This document shows positions 49,386 through 59,387 of a stretch of 64,000 nucleotides of DNA, in pieces; within the stretch, counting starts at the first letter, position 1; each line of letters opens with the position of its first letter. The DNA is taken from assembly GCA_050916045.1 (NCBI GenBank), contig CP051526.1, positions 3,264,001 to 3,328,000 of the forward strand. The letters run 5' to 3'. A program made the translations under genes and the position numbers. The notes below the pieces were generated by a model, which worked only from the letters and a program-made list of their open reading frames with translations, did not search any database and was not told the DNA's origin. Source of the stretch: Tepidisphaera sp. (GTDB lineage: Bacteria; Planctomycetota; Phycisphaerae; Phycisphaerales; UBA1924).

Positions 49386-50534
49386 TCAATCCACCGGTTT
49401 AAGGTCGATACTGACCGGCAGATGGTCTGACGCGTACCCAACGGGCTTGGGAGCATCGAACGGGTTGCTGGGGGGCAGGGGCATGGCGTACACGAACCGG
49501 GAGGACCCGATGAACTCGGGTTTGGCGGCTTGGTTCAGAAGGACGTGGTCGATGATCCGGTTGGTGACATGGGACTGGACCCTGGGATCTCCCGGGTTCA
49601 CATCGCCGAAAACATCGAACAGGCCGCCCCCCGAGGGATCGACGCTGGTGTAGGTCTGGAAGGAGAGGTCGACCTTCCGGGCGTTGAAGTCCCCCAGTAC
49701 AGCCAGGTTCCGAGCGGGGTTTTCCTTGGTCAGCTCCTTGATGAGCTCCACGTTCCGCCGGGCTTCGGCTTCCCGCTGGAACGCGTACCCGCGGCCGGAC
49801 TTGGAATGGATGACCATGAGGGTGAGGACGTACGGCTTCCCCGTCCCCGCGAAGGACCCGGGGACGGTGACATCGACGACGAGCGGGGACCGGGCCATCT
49901 TGATGGGCTTGTCGAAGTCCGGGTTGGGCTTGCCGTCCGACAGAAGGTCCGGGTGCTTGTCGGTGAGGGTGCGATCCGGCCAGTTTCGTGCGCCCGAGAG
50001 CGGGAACTTGGAGATGACGGCCTGTTCGATGCCGCGGCCGTCGCCGGCGTCGAGGCTGACGACGTGGGGGTAGATCTCGGTGAGCTTCTGGTCGGCGAGG
50101 AACCACTTGAGGGCCTCGGCGGACTCGATTTCTTCGAGCGCCAGAACATCGGGGTCAAGCCGCTTGATCGCGGCTCCGGCGGCATCGCGGTGGGCTTGGG
50201 GCTTGGTGGAAGCGAGCTCATCGCCCCAGTTGTTGGCGGGATCGTCCTTGTCGTCGTACAGGTTCTCGATGTTCCAGGTCGTCAGGCGGAACGTGCCGGG
50301 AGCTTTGGGTGGGATCTCAGAGACCCCAAAGCGGATGTCGGGGTTGGAAAACGTGGGGACCTTCGGGGCGGGGGAAGCTGCGGCCGGGGCTTGCGGGGCT
50401 GGGGCTTTCTCGGGCTCCTTTGGAGCCGGCTTGGTCGCGAGGTAAACGCCGACCGCGAGGATCGCGATGGTGAAGACGCCGCCGGCCGCCGCTCGCTGAG
50501 GTCTGAATGCCATGCGGCGAGCGTAGGTCGGCAT
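49386..50534 (-). CDS. Endonuclease/exonuclease/phosphatase family protein, membrane-anchored
   Basis: TWNIENL, LALEE, HSKS, LGDFN, IDH, SDHLPV; start 50534 or 50513. Confidence 0.88.
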   Translation of the reverse strand: MPTYARRMAFRPQRAAAGGVFTIAILAVGVYLATKPAPKEPEKAPAPQAPAAASPAPKVPTFSNPDIRFGVSEIPPKAPGTFRLTTWNIENLYDDKDDPANNWGDELASTKPQAHRDAAGAAIKRLDPDVLALEEIESAEALKWFLADQKLTEIYPHVVSLDAGDGRGIEQAVISKFPLSGARNWPDRTLTDKHPDLLSDGKPNPDFDKPIKMARSPLVVDVTVPGSFAGTGKPYVLTLMVIHSKSGRGYAFQREAEARRNVELIKELTKENPARNLAVLGDFNARKVDLSFQTYTSVDPSGGGLFDVFGDVNPGDPRVQSHVTNRIIDHVLLNQAAKPEFIGSSRFVYAMPLPPSNPFDAPKPVGYASDHLPVSIDLKPVD

Positions 50535-50575
50535 GGTGGGGCAGAGGCTCGTAGACTGCACCCAAGGAGCATGGC

Positions 50576-51439
50576 ATGACACCTCGTGTGACCGGTTGGA
50601 CGCTCGGGTTTCTGGCGCTGGTTTCCACGCTCTTCCTTGGCGGCTGCAAGACGTTGACGGATCTTGCCGCGGGGGCCGCCAAGCCCGGCCTGTCGGTCAA
50701 AAGCGTCCGCTTCGGCGACGTTTCCACGTCGGGGCTGACGCTGATCTTCGACACCGAGGTTACGAACCCGTACGGAGTGGACCTTCCGCTTGTGAATCTC
50801 GAGTACAGCTTGGCGAGCTCGGGCGCGACGTTCCTGACCGGCTCCGCGCCGATTCAGGGCACCGTACCCGCCAAGGGCGCCAAGGTGGTCGCTCTTCCGG
50901 CCAAGGTGGACTTCAGCAGGATGTTCTCGGTGCTCCAGACGGTCAAACCGGGTTCGGTCCTTCCCTACGCCGCATCCATGAAGCTCGCCGTGGACGGGCC
51001 AAGCGGCGTGGGCCGCCTCTCCCTCCCGCTGAACCGATCGGGCGAGCTTCCGGTGCCGGCGGTGCCCGATGTCTCCGTCAGCGGGATCGGGATCGGTTCA
51101 CTCTCGCTGGGCGAAGCCAAAGCGACGCTGGCTCTGAGCGTCAAGAACACGAACCAGTTCGCGCTGACCCTCGCCCGGATGGGCTTTGGCTTGGACCTTG
51201 CCGGGTCGCGGGTCTCGACCGTCGCGGCGACCAAGGGCCTCGCGCTCAAGCCGGGCGAAACGGGCACGATTGAGATCCCCATCACGCTTTCGCTCTCGAA
51301 TCTGGGAATCTCGGCGTTCAACGCCCTGCGCGGGAAGGACACCGGATACCGATTGAGCGGGGACATGACCCTTGAAACACCCTTTGGTCCGATGAACCTT
51401 CCGCTGGATCGGGGCGGTACAACGTCCGTCCGCAACTGA
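50576..51439 (+). CDS. Lipoprotein with two LEA_2/WHy domains
   Basis: LGGC lipobox; VTNPYGVDL and VKNTNQFAL repeats. Confidence 0.82.
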   Translation: MTPRVTGWTLGFLALVSTLFLGGCKTLTDLAAGAAKPGLSVKSVRFGDVSTSGLTLIFDTEVTNPYGVDLPLVNLEYSLASSGATFLTGSAPIQGTVPAKGAKVVALPAKVDFSRMFSVLQTVKPGSVLPYAASMKLAVDGPSGVGRLSLPLNRSGELPVPAVPDVSVSGIGIGSLSLGEAKATLALSVKNTNQFALTLARMGFGLDLAGSRVSTVAATKGLALKPGETGTIEIPITLSLSNLGISAFNALRGKDTGYRLSGDMTLETPFGPMNLPLDRGGTTSVRN

Positions 51440-51464
51440 AGCTTTCCGCACCCAGGAGTTCGCG

Positions 51465-52934
51465 ATGCACACGCGTTTGATGGTTCTGCTGCTCACGATC
51501 TGGACCGTGGTTTCCGCCGGTTTCGCCTTTGCCGAGCCGCAGCGATGGGAAGGCTCGGTCGAACTGCCCGGCGGGCAGAAGCTGAACTTCGAGGTCGCGC
51601 TCGAGAAGGACACGGGAACGATCTCGATCCCTGCCCAGGGCGCCAAGGACCTCGCGCTGACGAGCGTCACCCTCGGAGAGAAGATCTCCTTCACGCTCAA
51701 GCTCCCGAACGCGGCGGCCACCGCTGTCTGGGAGTTCAAAGTCTCCGAAGACGGGAAGTCCGCCGAGGGCGTGCTCAAGCAGATGGGCCAGGAGTTCCCG
51801 AGCAAGATGAAAGCGCTCGCCGCGGGCGAGTCGGCCAAGGGCTCCAATCGCCCGCAGGAGCCCAAGGCTCCGTTCCCGTACAAGTCCGAGGAGGTCACGA
51901 TCATCGTCGGGACCGCCGGAGGCGGCCTCGGCCGCGACGCGCGGCCCAAGGGCCACACCCTTTCGGGAACCCTCACCCTGCCCGAGGGCAAGGGCCCCTT
52001 CCCGGGCGTCATCCTCGTCTCGGGCTCGGGCCCGCAGGACCGCGATGAGTTGCTGCTCGGGCACAAGCCGTTCCTGGTTCTGGCCGACCACCTGACCCGC
52101 AAGGGGATCGCGGTGCTTCGGTACGACGACCGCGGCGTCGGACGAAGCTCCGGCAACTTTGCGCTGGGTACCTCCGACGATTTCGCCGAGGACGCGCAAG
52201 CCGCGATCAAGTTCCTCGCTTCCCGGCCTGAGATCAACGCTTCACAGGTCGGCATCGTCGGTCACAGCGAGGGCGGGCTGATCGCCCCCATGGTCGCCGC
52301 CGTCAGCGACATCCCCAAGTTCATCGTGCTTCTCGCCGGTCCGGGCATGCCCGGGCTGGACCTGCTTGTTCTGCAGGGCCGGCTGATCAGCGAAGCCGGC
52401 GGCTTGAGCAAAGAGGACGCGGCTCGGAACGCTGAAAGCAGCCGGAAGATCCTCGAGATGGTCCGCGATGGCAAGTCGGCCGACGAGGTCCGCGAAGCGT
52501 TCCGACTGGCCATCGAAGAGAATCTGGCGCAGAATCCCGGGACCAAGGACACGCCCGCCGAAGAGCGAGCCAAACAGGCCGAGCAGATGGCCACCCAGCA
52601 GACTGCTTCGATCTCGACCCCTTGGATGAAGCGGTTCCTTCAGTACGACCCAGCCGCCGCTCTCGCAAAGGTGAAGGTCCCGGTTCTCGCGCTCAACGGC
52701 GAGAAGGACCTGCAGGTGCCTCCCAAGGAAAATCTGTCGGGCATCGAGAGCTCGCTCAAAGCCGGCGGAAACACCCGTTTCACGGCCAAGCAGCTCCCGG
52801 GACTCAACCACCTCTTCCAGACCTGCACCACGGGCAGCCCCTCGGAGTACGCCGAGATCGAAGAGACCTTTGCGCCGGCCGCTCTGGAAGCCATCTCGTC
52901 CTGGATCCTGGAAACCGCGGCCAAGCCGAACTGA
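51465..52934 (+). CDS. Secreted alpha/beta hydrolase
   Basis: GSGPQDRD, RYDDRG, GHSEGG, GEKDLQV, NHLFQ. Confidence 0.9.
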   Translation: MHTRLMVLLLTIWTVVSAGFAFAEPQRWEGSVELPGGQKLNFEVALEKDTGTISIPAQGAKDLALTSVTLGEKISFTLKLPNAAATAVWEFKVSEDGKSAEGVLKQMGQEFPSKMKALAAGESAKGSNRPQEPKAPFPYKSEEVTIIVGTAGGGLGRDARPKGHTLSGTLTLPEGKGPFPGVILVSGSGPQDRDELLLGHKPFLVLADHLTRKGIAVLRYDDRGVGRSSGNFALGTSDDFAEDAQAAIKFLASRPEINASQVGIVGHSEGGLIAPMVAAVSDIPKFIVLLAGPGMPGLDLLVLQGRLISEAGGLSKEDAARNAESSRKILEMVRDGKSADEVREAFRLAIEENLAQNPGTKDTPAEERAKQAEQMATQQTASISTPWMKRFLQYDPAAALAKVKVPVLALNGEKDLQVPPKENLSGIESSLKAGGNTRFTAKQLPGLNHLFQTCTTGSPSEYAEIEETFAPAALEAISSWILETAAKPN

Positions 52935-53037
52935 GCGCGCCGCACACCACGACGCCTACCGTTGCCGGACCCGTACCTCACGCACCCATGCACCCGACGA
53001 CGCCCCTGCGCCGCGGGTGCGACGGATCCGCTCGACT

Positions 53038-53499
53038 ATGACCACCTGGACGGACACCCTGCGCACCATCGCCAAAGCCGCGGATGACGCCGCCGTCTTC
53101 GGCTCCGTGCGCGTGACCGGCGACCGCCTCGAATGCAAAGCACGCTCGGCCGACGCGTTCTATCGCGTGGACGTCAAGGAGGATGGCGGCGCGTGCGTCT
53201 CGCTCGTCACGCCGGACCGCTGGCTCAGCCAGTCGATCGAGAAGGAACTGGTCAACAACGGTGACAAGTTCGAGGACCTGCTTGACGAGGAACTCGCCGA
53301 GCTCGGGTATCGCGGGCCGGCGCCCAAGATCGAGCATTACCGCTCGGACGACAAGCTCTACACGTTCCGCACGCCCGTCTTTCCCTCGGCCGCCCGCGCG
53401 ACGAGCCCGGAACAGGCGCGCGTGCTCATCCAGCACCTGCTCGCGTACGAAGCGATGTTCGGTGTGCTCGGCGACATGCCCGGCGGAGACGAAGAATGA
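53038..53499 (+). CDS. Hypothetical protein
   Basis: Protein-like ORF (DRWLSQSIE, EHYRS..YTFR) with ATGA overlap to the next gene. Confidence 0.7.
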   Translation: MTTWTDTLRTIAKAADDAAVFGSVRVTGDRLECKARSADAFYRVDVKEDGGACVSLVTPDRWLSQSIEKELVNNGDKFEDLLDEELAELGYRGPAPKIEHYRSDDKLYTFRTPVFPSAARATSPEQARVLIQHLLAYEAMFGVLGDMPGGDEE

Positions 53500-55001
53500 C
53501 CCCGCCCACCGCGGTTTCGCCCCATCGCACCGTTTCCGAAGCGGACGCTCCGCTCCGCATTCTCATGCTCGGGTGGGAGTTCCCGCCGTTCATCGCGGGC
53601 GGCCTCGGCGTCGCGTGTTACGGGCTGACGAAAGCTCTCGATCAGCTCGGGCACAAGGTGATCTTCGTGCTGCCGCGGCCTGTGGACCGATCCCAAGCGT
53701 CGCACGTGCGGCTTCTGAGCCCCGATGCGCCGCGCGGCTCGCGGGTTGGTCCCGGACGGACGCGGCCGGGCTCGCGCATCACGCGAACCACCGAGGGTGG
53801 CATGGTGGTCGACGGCTTCGAGCAAGCCGAGTTCCACGAGCTTCCCTCGACGTTCTCGCATCCGTATCCGTCGTTCAACCCGGCGGTGGGCAATTTCGAG
53901 ATGCCCGCCACGCCTTCGGAGTCGGTTGACTCTTCGCAAGAGGCGGTGCCGGCGGCAACGACCGCTTCAGCCGGAACGCCGGTGCCCGCGCTCGCGAATC
54001 TGTCGCAGCCCGCGTCGAACACATCGACGGGCATGCACTTGGGCTCAGGCGGCGGCGCGGGGCACGGGTACGGCTCGGACCTGTTCGGCGACGCCGAGCG
54101 GTACGCTCGCTTGTGCGTGGCGCTCGCGCTGCACGAGGACTTCGACGTCATCCACGCGCACGACTGGCTGACGTACCCCGCGGGTGCGGCGGTGGCAAAG
54201 GTCACGGGCAAGCCGCTTGTGGTGCATGTGCACTCGACCGAACATGACCGCTCCGGCGACAACATCAACCGCGCGTGCTTTGACATCGAGCGGGCCGGGA
54301 TGCTCGCGGCCGATCGTGTGCTCGCGGTGAGTGAACTGACCAAATCGATCTGCGTCAAGAAGTACTCGATCGATCCGGCCAAGATCGACGTCGTCTACAA
54401 CGGCATCGACCGCGTCGAGCAGCAGCCGCCGGCGGGCGTCGAGATCGAGCCCGGGGACAAGATCGTCCTGTTCCTCGGCCGTATCACGATGCAGAAGGGG
54501 CCCGAGTACTTCATCGCGGCGGCCAAGCGCGTGCTCGAGAAGATGGACAATGTGAAGTTCATCGTCGCGGGCTCGGGCGACATGGCGCTGCGAATGGTTG
54601 AGTTGGCGGCGGCGATGGGGATCGGCCACAAGGTGCTCTTCACCGGGTTCCTTCGCGGCAAGGACGTTGACCGCGTCTTCGCGCTGGCCGACTGCTACGT
54701 GATGCCGAGCGTCTCCGAGCCCTTCGGCTTGGCTGCGCTCGAAGCCATCCACCACGACGTCCCGGTGATCCTCAGCAAGACCGCCGGAGCGGCCGAGGTG
54801 CTGACGCACGTCCTGAAGGTCGACTTCTGGGACACCGACGAGATGGCCAACAAGATCGTCGCGGTGCTGAAGTACCCGCCGCTGAGCCAGACGCTGCGGG
54901 AGCACGGCCGGTTCGAACTCCGCCGGCTGACATGGGGCGGCGCAGCGGAGAAGTGCGTCAAGAGCTATCGAGCGGCAATGCATGCCCCAGCACTGGCCTG
55001 A
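53496..55001 (+). CDS. GT4 glycosyltransferase (glycogen-synthase-like)
   Basis: MLGWEFPP..GGLG, IHAHDWLT, FLGRIT.QKG, SEPFGL..LEA. Confidence 0.88.
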   Translation: MTPPTAVSPHRTVSEADAPLRILMLGWEFPPFIAGGLGVACYGLTKALDQLGHKVIFVLPRPVDRSQASHVRLLSPDAPRGSRVGPGRTRPGSRITRTTEGGMVVDGFEQAEFHELPSTFSHPYPSFNPAVGNFEMPATPSESVDSSQEAVPAATTASAGTPVPALANLSQPASNTSTGMHLGSGGGAGHGYGSDLFGDAERYARLCVALALHEDFDVIHAHDWLTYPAGAAVAKVTGKPLVVHVHSTEHDRSGDNINRACFDIERAGMLAADRVLAVSELTKSICVKKYSIDPAKIDVVYNGIDRVEQQPPAGVEIEPGDKIVLFLGRITMQKGPEYFIAAAKRVLEKMDNVKFIVAGSGDMALRMVELAAAMGIGHKVLFTGFLRGKDVDRVFALADCYVMPSVSEPFGLAALEAIHHDVPVILSKTAGAAEVLTHVLKVDFWDTDEMANKIVAVLKYPPLSQTLREHGRFELRRLTWGGAAEKCVKSYRAAMHAPALA

Positions 55002-55068
55002 ACGAGCCCGCAGCGCAAGCAAGGGCACTGCCCGCCCGTCAAGAGCCCCGAGCGTGAGCGAGCGGGTC
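55002..55068. repeat. Two degenerate REP-like elements
   Basis: AGCCCGCAGCGCAAGCAAGGG and AGCCCCGAGCGTGAGCGAGCGGGT resemble short repeats common in Planctomycete intergenic DNA (recalled, not searched). Confidence 0.4.
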
Positions 55069-55249
55069 GCGCTTGACGTCAACGGGGCTGCCACACATCG
55101 CCCGAGGCGTCAGATCTGAAAACCAACCTCTCGTCGTCCATCGAAATCCTCTGATCGAAGACATCGATGCAACGGGACCGGATGCCACCCGCCGCGTGAG
55201 AGTATCGTTAGAACATCAGTCACCCAAAGTTCTCTGTCGAGGAAGCCCG

Positions 55250-56617
55250 ATGCGTCTTGCCCTGTTCGCACTCATCGTGTCGGCCCCGGTGTTTGCCAGC
55301 GATCGGGCAACCCTCGAATACGCCCCGGCCCCGGTGGACAACCCCCTCAAGGGGCTCGTGCCCTATCGGGCCGACCGTCGGACCCACTTCCCGCATTCGC
55401 TCGAGTTCAACTACCTGCCATACTCGGCCCTCGTGAAGGGGTACGACGAGTTCGACTGGACCGCGCTGGAACAACTGCTCGACGACATCGCGTCACGCGG
55501 GCATCAGGCTGTCTTTCGAGTCTTCCTGGAGTACCCGGGCAAGAAAGGCGTCATCCCCGAATTCCTGCTAGACGACGGGCTGAAGGTCCACAAGTGGCTG
55601 TACAACGAGACGCAGCCGCTCACCCCCGCCCCGATCGAAACACCGGACTACGAAAACGCGAATCTGCGAAAGTCGCTGAAGAGCTTCCTCGAGGCGCTCG
55701 GCAAGAAGTACGACGGCGACCCGAGAATCGGATTCATCACGGCCGGGCTGCTCGGCACCTGGGGCGAATGGCACACGTACCCGAAGAGCGAGCTCTTCGC
55801 GAGCAAGGCCGTGCAGACGGAGGTGATGGACGCCTACGAAGCAGCGTTCAAAATCACCCCCATCCTTCTGCGATACCCGACGGGCGAAACGAACACTCAA
55901 AAGGCCCCGAACGCGACGCGGCACTTCGGTTACCACGACGATTCGTTCGCGTGGGCCACGCTGGACACAGGGGAACCGCGCCACGACTGGTTCTTTGTGC
56001 CCGCCCTTAAAGCCGCCGGGCCGGCAGCGATGGAGAAATGGAAGACACGCCCCATCGGCGGCGAGCTCCGCCCCGAGGCGTGGGGACGAGTGTTCGACGA
56101 CAACCCGGGCGAGAAACAGATTCAGAACTTCCGCAAGTGCGTGGAGGAGACGCACGTCACATGGCTCATGGACACCGGCATGTTCGAGAAGAAGCAGAAG
56201 GCCGATCGCATCAAGCGTGCTGAAGAACAGGTGCGCCGGATGGGATACGAGTTCCACGTCCCCGCCGTGACGATCGGAACCGCGGCGGGCGACAAACTCA
56301 CGGTGGCGATCGAGGTAGAGAACCGCGGGATCGCCCCGTTCTACTACGACTGGAAGCCGGAGTTCGGCTTGATCCTCGATCGCAACCTGTCCAAAGTCGT
56401 TCCCGGCACGGGCAGACTCACAGGACTCCTTCCGGGCGACAAGCCACGCGTGTGGAACGAGTCGCTTGATGTCTCCGGCGTGCAGCCTGGAACCTACAAG
56501 CTCGCGGTCCGCGTGCCGAACCCGCTCAAGAACGGACACCCTCTGAAATTCGCCAACGCAACCCAGGACGCCGATGCCGACGGCTGGCTCACGTTGGGAA
56601 GCGTCGAGGTGAAGTGA
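55250..56617 (+). CDS. DUF4832-domain secreted protein (putative glycoside hydrolase)
   Basis: Signal peptide, DNPLKG, YDGDPRI, LGTWGEWH, GGE, MGY, ENRGIAPFYYDW. Confidence 0.78.
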   Translation: MRLALFALIVSAPVFASDRATLEYAPAPVDNPLKGLVPYRADRRTHFPHSLEFNYLPYSALVKGYDEFDWTALEQLLDDIASRGHQAVFRVFLEYPGKKGVIPEFLLDDGLKVHKWLYNETQPLTPAPIETPDYENANLRKSLKSFLEALGKKYDGDPRIGFITAGLLGTWGEWHTYPKSELFASKAVQTEVMDAYEAAFKITPILLRYPTGETNTQKAPNATRHFGYHDDSFAWATLDTGEPRHDWFFVPALKAAGPAAMEKWKTRPIGGELRPEAWGRVFDDNPGEKQIQNFRKCVEETHVTWLMDTGMFEKKQKADRIKRAEEQVRRMGYEFHVPAVTIGTAAGDKLTVAIEVENRGIAPFYYDWKPEFGLILDRNLSKVVPGTGRLTGLLPGDKPRVWNESLDVSGVQPGTYKLAVRVPNPLKNGHPLKFANATQDADADGWLTLGSVEVK

Positions 56618-56695
56618 CCACGCGCGTCCTCGGCCGACGGACTCGAAAGACCATCCCAAAGTTCCTCCGAGCACAACGTCTCGGCACGCGACGTC

Positions 56696-58345
56696 TCAGC
56701 CGGCCCGCCTTCCGTTGAGGACCGCGCCGATAAGCGTCCGACGAACCGCGAAATGGTAACTGACGAGCAGGATCGCCACGGATCCGACCAGGAGCACCGC
56801 GAACTTGGCCGGAGTGGGCATTTCGACGCGGGTCAAGAGCACCTGACCCACGATCACCAGCGGGAGGTGAGCGAGATAAAGCCAGTACGCCGAGTCCGAG
56901 AGATACCGCACCCACACGCGAGGTTTCGCGAAGATCGACTCGCAGAGCCCCAGCATTCCAAACGTCGCGAGCCACGCGAACAGCACCTGCATCAGATTCG
57001 ACGCCAACTTGCGGGCGGCCTCGTTCTCGATGATCGTGGACGCCTGCACCGGGTTGTACGCGAACATCAAAGCGATCGGGAGAATGAGAAACGCGAGCAG
57101 AAGCGAGAGCCACCAGAACCGCCCGAATTTCGCATCCTGGCCATGTGCGCAGAACGCCAGAGCCCCGAAGGCGAAGAAGACCGCGTAGTAGAGCAGGACG
57201 TGCGGCATCGGAAGCAACCCGGTGGAAGTGTCGGGACCGAAGCCCGGGATGGCACCCCGCAGGTGCATGAAGTGTTGTGGCACCATGGTCAGCGGCACAA
57301 GCCACAGCAGGCAGAGCGGCATGGAGAAAAGCGGCGCGGGAAGTCGCACGCTCGGAGCAAATCGCGAGAGATACGCCACGACAGCAAAGCCCGCGTTCAG
57401 CCAGCACAGGAACCACAGGAACCACAGGTGCTGAAAGAATGTGCCCGCTTGCATCCGCGCAAACCAACCGTTCGCGCTCTCCCCCTGCAGGTCGGGCGTC
57501 GTGCCCGCGGCCTCCTTCGGTGCCGCGCCGGCATCGATCAGCGCTCGGATGCGTTCGCGTCCCGCGACAACCTCCTTAAAATCGAGCGGGATCTTCACAA
57601 AGCCCGCGATGTACTCGGTCGTCTGCCTGTCGTGTCGCAACGAGTTGACGGGACGTTCGCCCGCCTGGCTTGTGATCGTCAGATCGGTACCCGCCTTGAT
57701 CAGCCGTTCCGCGACCTCAGCCCTTCCGAAGAAGCACGCGGTGTGCATGGGGGTGTTGCCGTCGCGATAGCGGGCGTTGGGGTCGGCGCCGAGCTCAAGG
57801 AGCAGGCCCGTGGCCTCGGGCTTGCCCGTGAGCGCCGTCCATCCCAGCGGTGTGACTCCCATCGTTGCGTCCTGAGCGTTCAGTTGGTCCGAGCCGGTCG
57901 CGTACCTTCGCACCGCTTCCAAGTCGCCGGCCGCCGCCGCTGTCCAGATGTCCGTCGCCGCCGCACCGCCCTTGCTTGCTTTCGCCGACTGCTCGGCGAG
58001 CGCCCAGTTGGTCGCCAACCACATCGCCGGCAGAATGCTCAGGCACCCGATGGCCAGCGGCAGCAGAATCCGCTTGCTCCGTTGCGACACGAGCCCGCCG
58101 AGCCCGCGCCGTTGCCAGAGCATCGCCGTGAAGAACCCGCTCAGAAGGAAGAAGAGCGGCATGCGAAAGCCATGAACCCCCGCCACGAAAAGCCCCAGCA
58201 GCGGCGCGGGCGGCTCGTCGTTGATCATCCACGCCGCTCCGATGTACGCCATCGCGGCGTGCAGGCCGATGCCGAGCAGCATCGCGAGCGAACGCAAAGC
58301 GTCCAGATCCGGCCGACGGTTGTTGGGTGAGACTTCGACGGACAT
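56696..58345 (-). CDS. Acyltransferase-3 (OpgC/MdoC-like) with ankyrin-repeat insertion
   Basis: LDALR, HGFRMPLFF, HLWFL, YLSDSAYWLYLAH; ankyrin repeats GVTPLGW, GNTPMHTA. Confidence 0.85.
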   Translation of the reverse strand: MSVEVSPNNRRPDLDALRSLAMLLGIGLHAAMAYIGAAWMINDEPPAPLLGLFVAGVHGFRMPLFFLLSGFFTAMLWQRRGLGGLVSQRSKRILLPLAIGCLSILPAMWLATNWALAEQSAKASKGGAAATDIWTAAAAGDLEAVRRYATGSDQLNAQDATMGVTPLGWTALTGKPEATGLLLELGADPNARYRDGNTPMHTACFFGRAEVAERLIKAGTDLTITSQAGERPVNSLRHDRQTTEYIAGFVKIPLDFKEVVAGRERIRALIDAGAAPKEAAGTTPDLQGESANGWFARMQAGTFFQHLWFLWFLCWLNAGFAVVAYLSRFAPSVRLPAPLFSMPLCLLWLVPLTMVPQHFMHLRGAIPGFGPDTSTGLLPMPHVLLYYAVFFAFGALAFCAHGQDAKFGRFWWLSLLLAFLILPIALMFAYNPVQASTIIENEAARKLASNLMQVLFAWLATFGMLGLCESIFAKPRVWVRYLSDSAYWLYLAHLPLVIVGQVLLTRVEMPTPAKFAVLLVGSVAILLVSYHFAVRRTLIGAVLNGRRAG

Positions 58346-58515
58346 CGCTTCGGCCTTTCGTCCCGGCGCATGAAAAACCCGCAACGACCGCACCGGCGGG
58401 ACGTTGCGCCTCTGTTTCGGGAATCCGTTGACTCGCTTGCACATCCGGCCTCACCGGATGTCACGATCATTGACCTTCGTCGCGTGACAGGAGCTTCAAG
58501 ACGCAGTCCGCGCGG

Positions 58516-58734
58516 TCAATCCACGCGCTCCCATCGAAACACTTCGTCCATTCTCTTTCCGAAGACCTCCGCGATCCGAAACGCGGCTTCGAGGGTCGGC
58601 GAGTACTTGCCGGACTCGATCGCGGCGATCGTCTGACGCGTGACACCCACGCGCTGCCCCAGCTCCGCCTGAGTCATCTCGCCGTGCAGAAACCGCAATG
58701 TGCGGATGTCGTTGACGATCCGTCGTTCAGTCAT
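58516..58734 (-). CDS. XRE-family HTH transcriptional regulator
   Basis: MTQAELGQRVGVTRQTIAAIE.GKYSP.LE.AF.IA. Confidence 0.92.
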   Translation of the reverse strand: MTERRIVNDIRTLRFLHGEMTQAELGQRVGVTRQTIAAIESGKYSPTLEAAFRIAEVFGKRMDEVFRWERVD

Positions 58735-59188
58735 TCCACCCACGCCTGTAGCACCAGATGGCAACCACGTCTCGAACCAGTTCAGCCAGAACCACCATCG
58801 CGATCCCGGTGTTGATGAGCTGCCATCCCCCGGACGTAAAGGGGAACACGCACCCGATGTTGATCACCATCCCCGCGACAAGAACGCTGTATCCGGTTTG
58901 GATCGACCGGCGCGAGATCGCGATATCTCGTTCATCCGCTGGTGCTCGCGCGTCTTCAGGAGAGTTCTTCCGTATCCAAACCGTCCCGAGCGTCCAGATG
59001 ACCACCTGTGTGGCCAGTGCGGCCACAAAGGTGATGAACGTGTCCCAGTCCGGCATCGGCTTGATTGGCGGGTGGATGCTCATCCATGTGAAGTAGGGAA
59101 TAAACGGGATGCCCATCGCGGCGAGCGCGACAAACGCCGCTTTTTCGCCGTATGGCCTCGTCTCCGATATGTTCGCTGCCATTGACAT
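58727..59188 (-). CDS. DUF2178-like membrane protein
   Basis: Four hydrophobic segments, DERD motif, overlaps the XRE gene. Confidence 0.75.
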   Translation of the reverse strand: MSMAANISETRPYGEKAAFVALAAMGIPFIPYFTWMSIHPPIKPMPDWDTFITFVAALATQVVIWTLGTVWIRKNSPEDARAPADERDIAISRRSIQTGYSVLVAGMVINIGCVFPFTSGGWQLINTGIAMVVLAELVRDVVAIWCYRRGWND

Positions 59189-59224
59189 GATGTAAAGAAT
59201 ATCGAACATCGCCTCGGATGTCAA
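59189..59224 (-). promoter_or_regulatory. Sigma70 promoter with overlapping palindromic operator (leaderless)
   Basis: TTGACA-N17-TATTCT-7nt-ATG; GATGT-N12-ACATC inverted repeat at 59189-59210. Confidence 0.75.
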
Positions 59225-59387
59225 GCGAAATCTTGAGAAAACGAAGTGCACGGCTTGCACCCTTCGTGGCGGGTCGCTTCGAGCCCGCTGATCGTCGAAT
59301 GTCAATCACCCCGCCGCACCGGTCGGCACCGTCTTTGTCACGGGCATCATCAGACAAGAAGGTCTGGCGCGAATCAAAGCCACCCGC

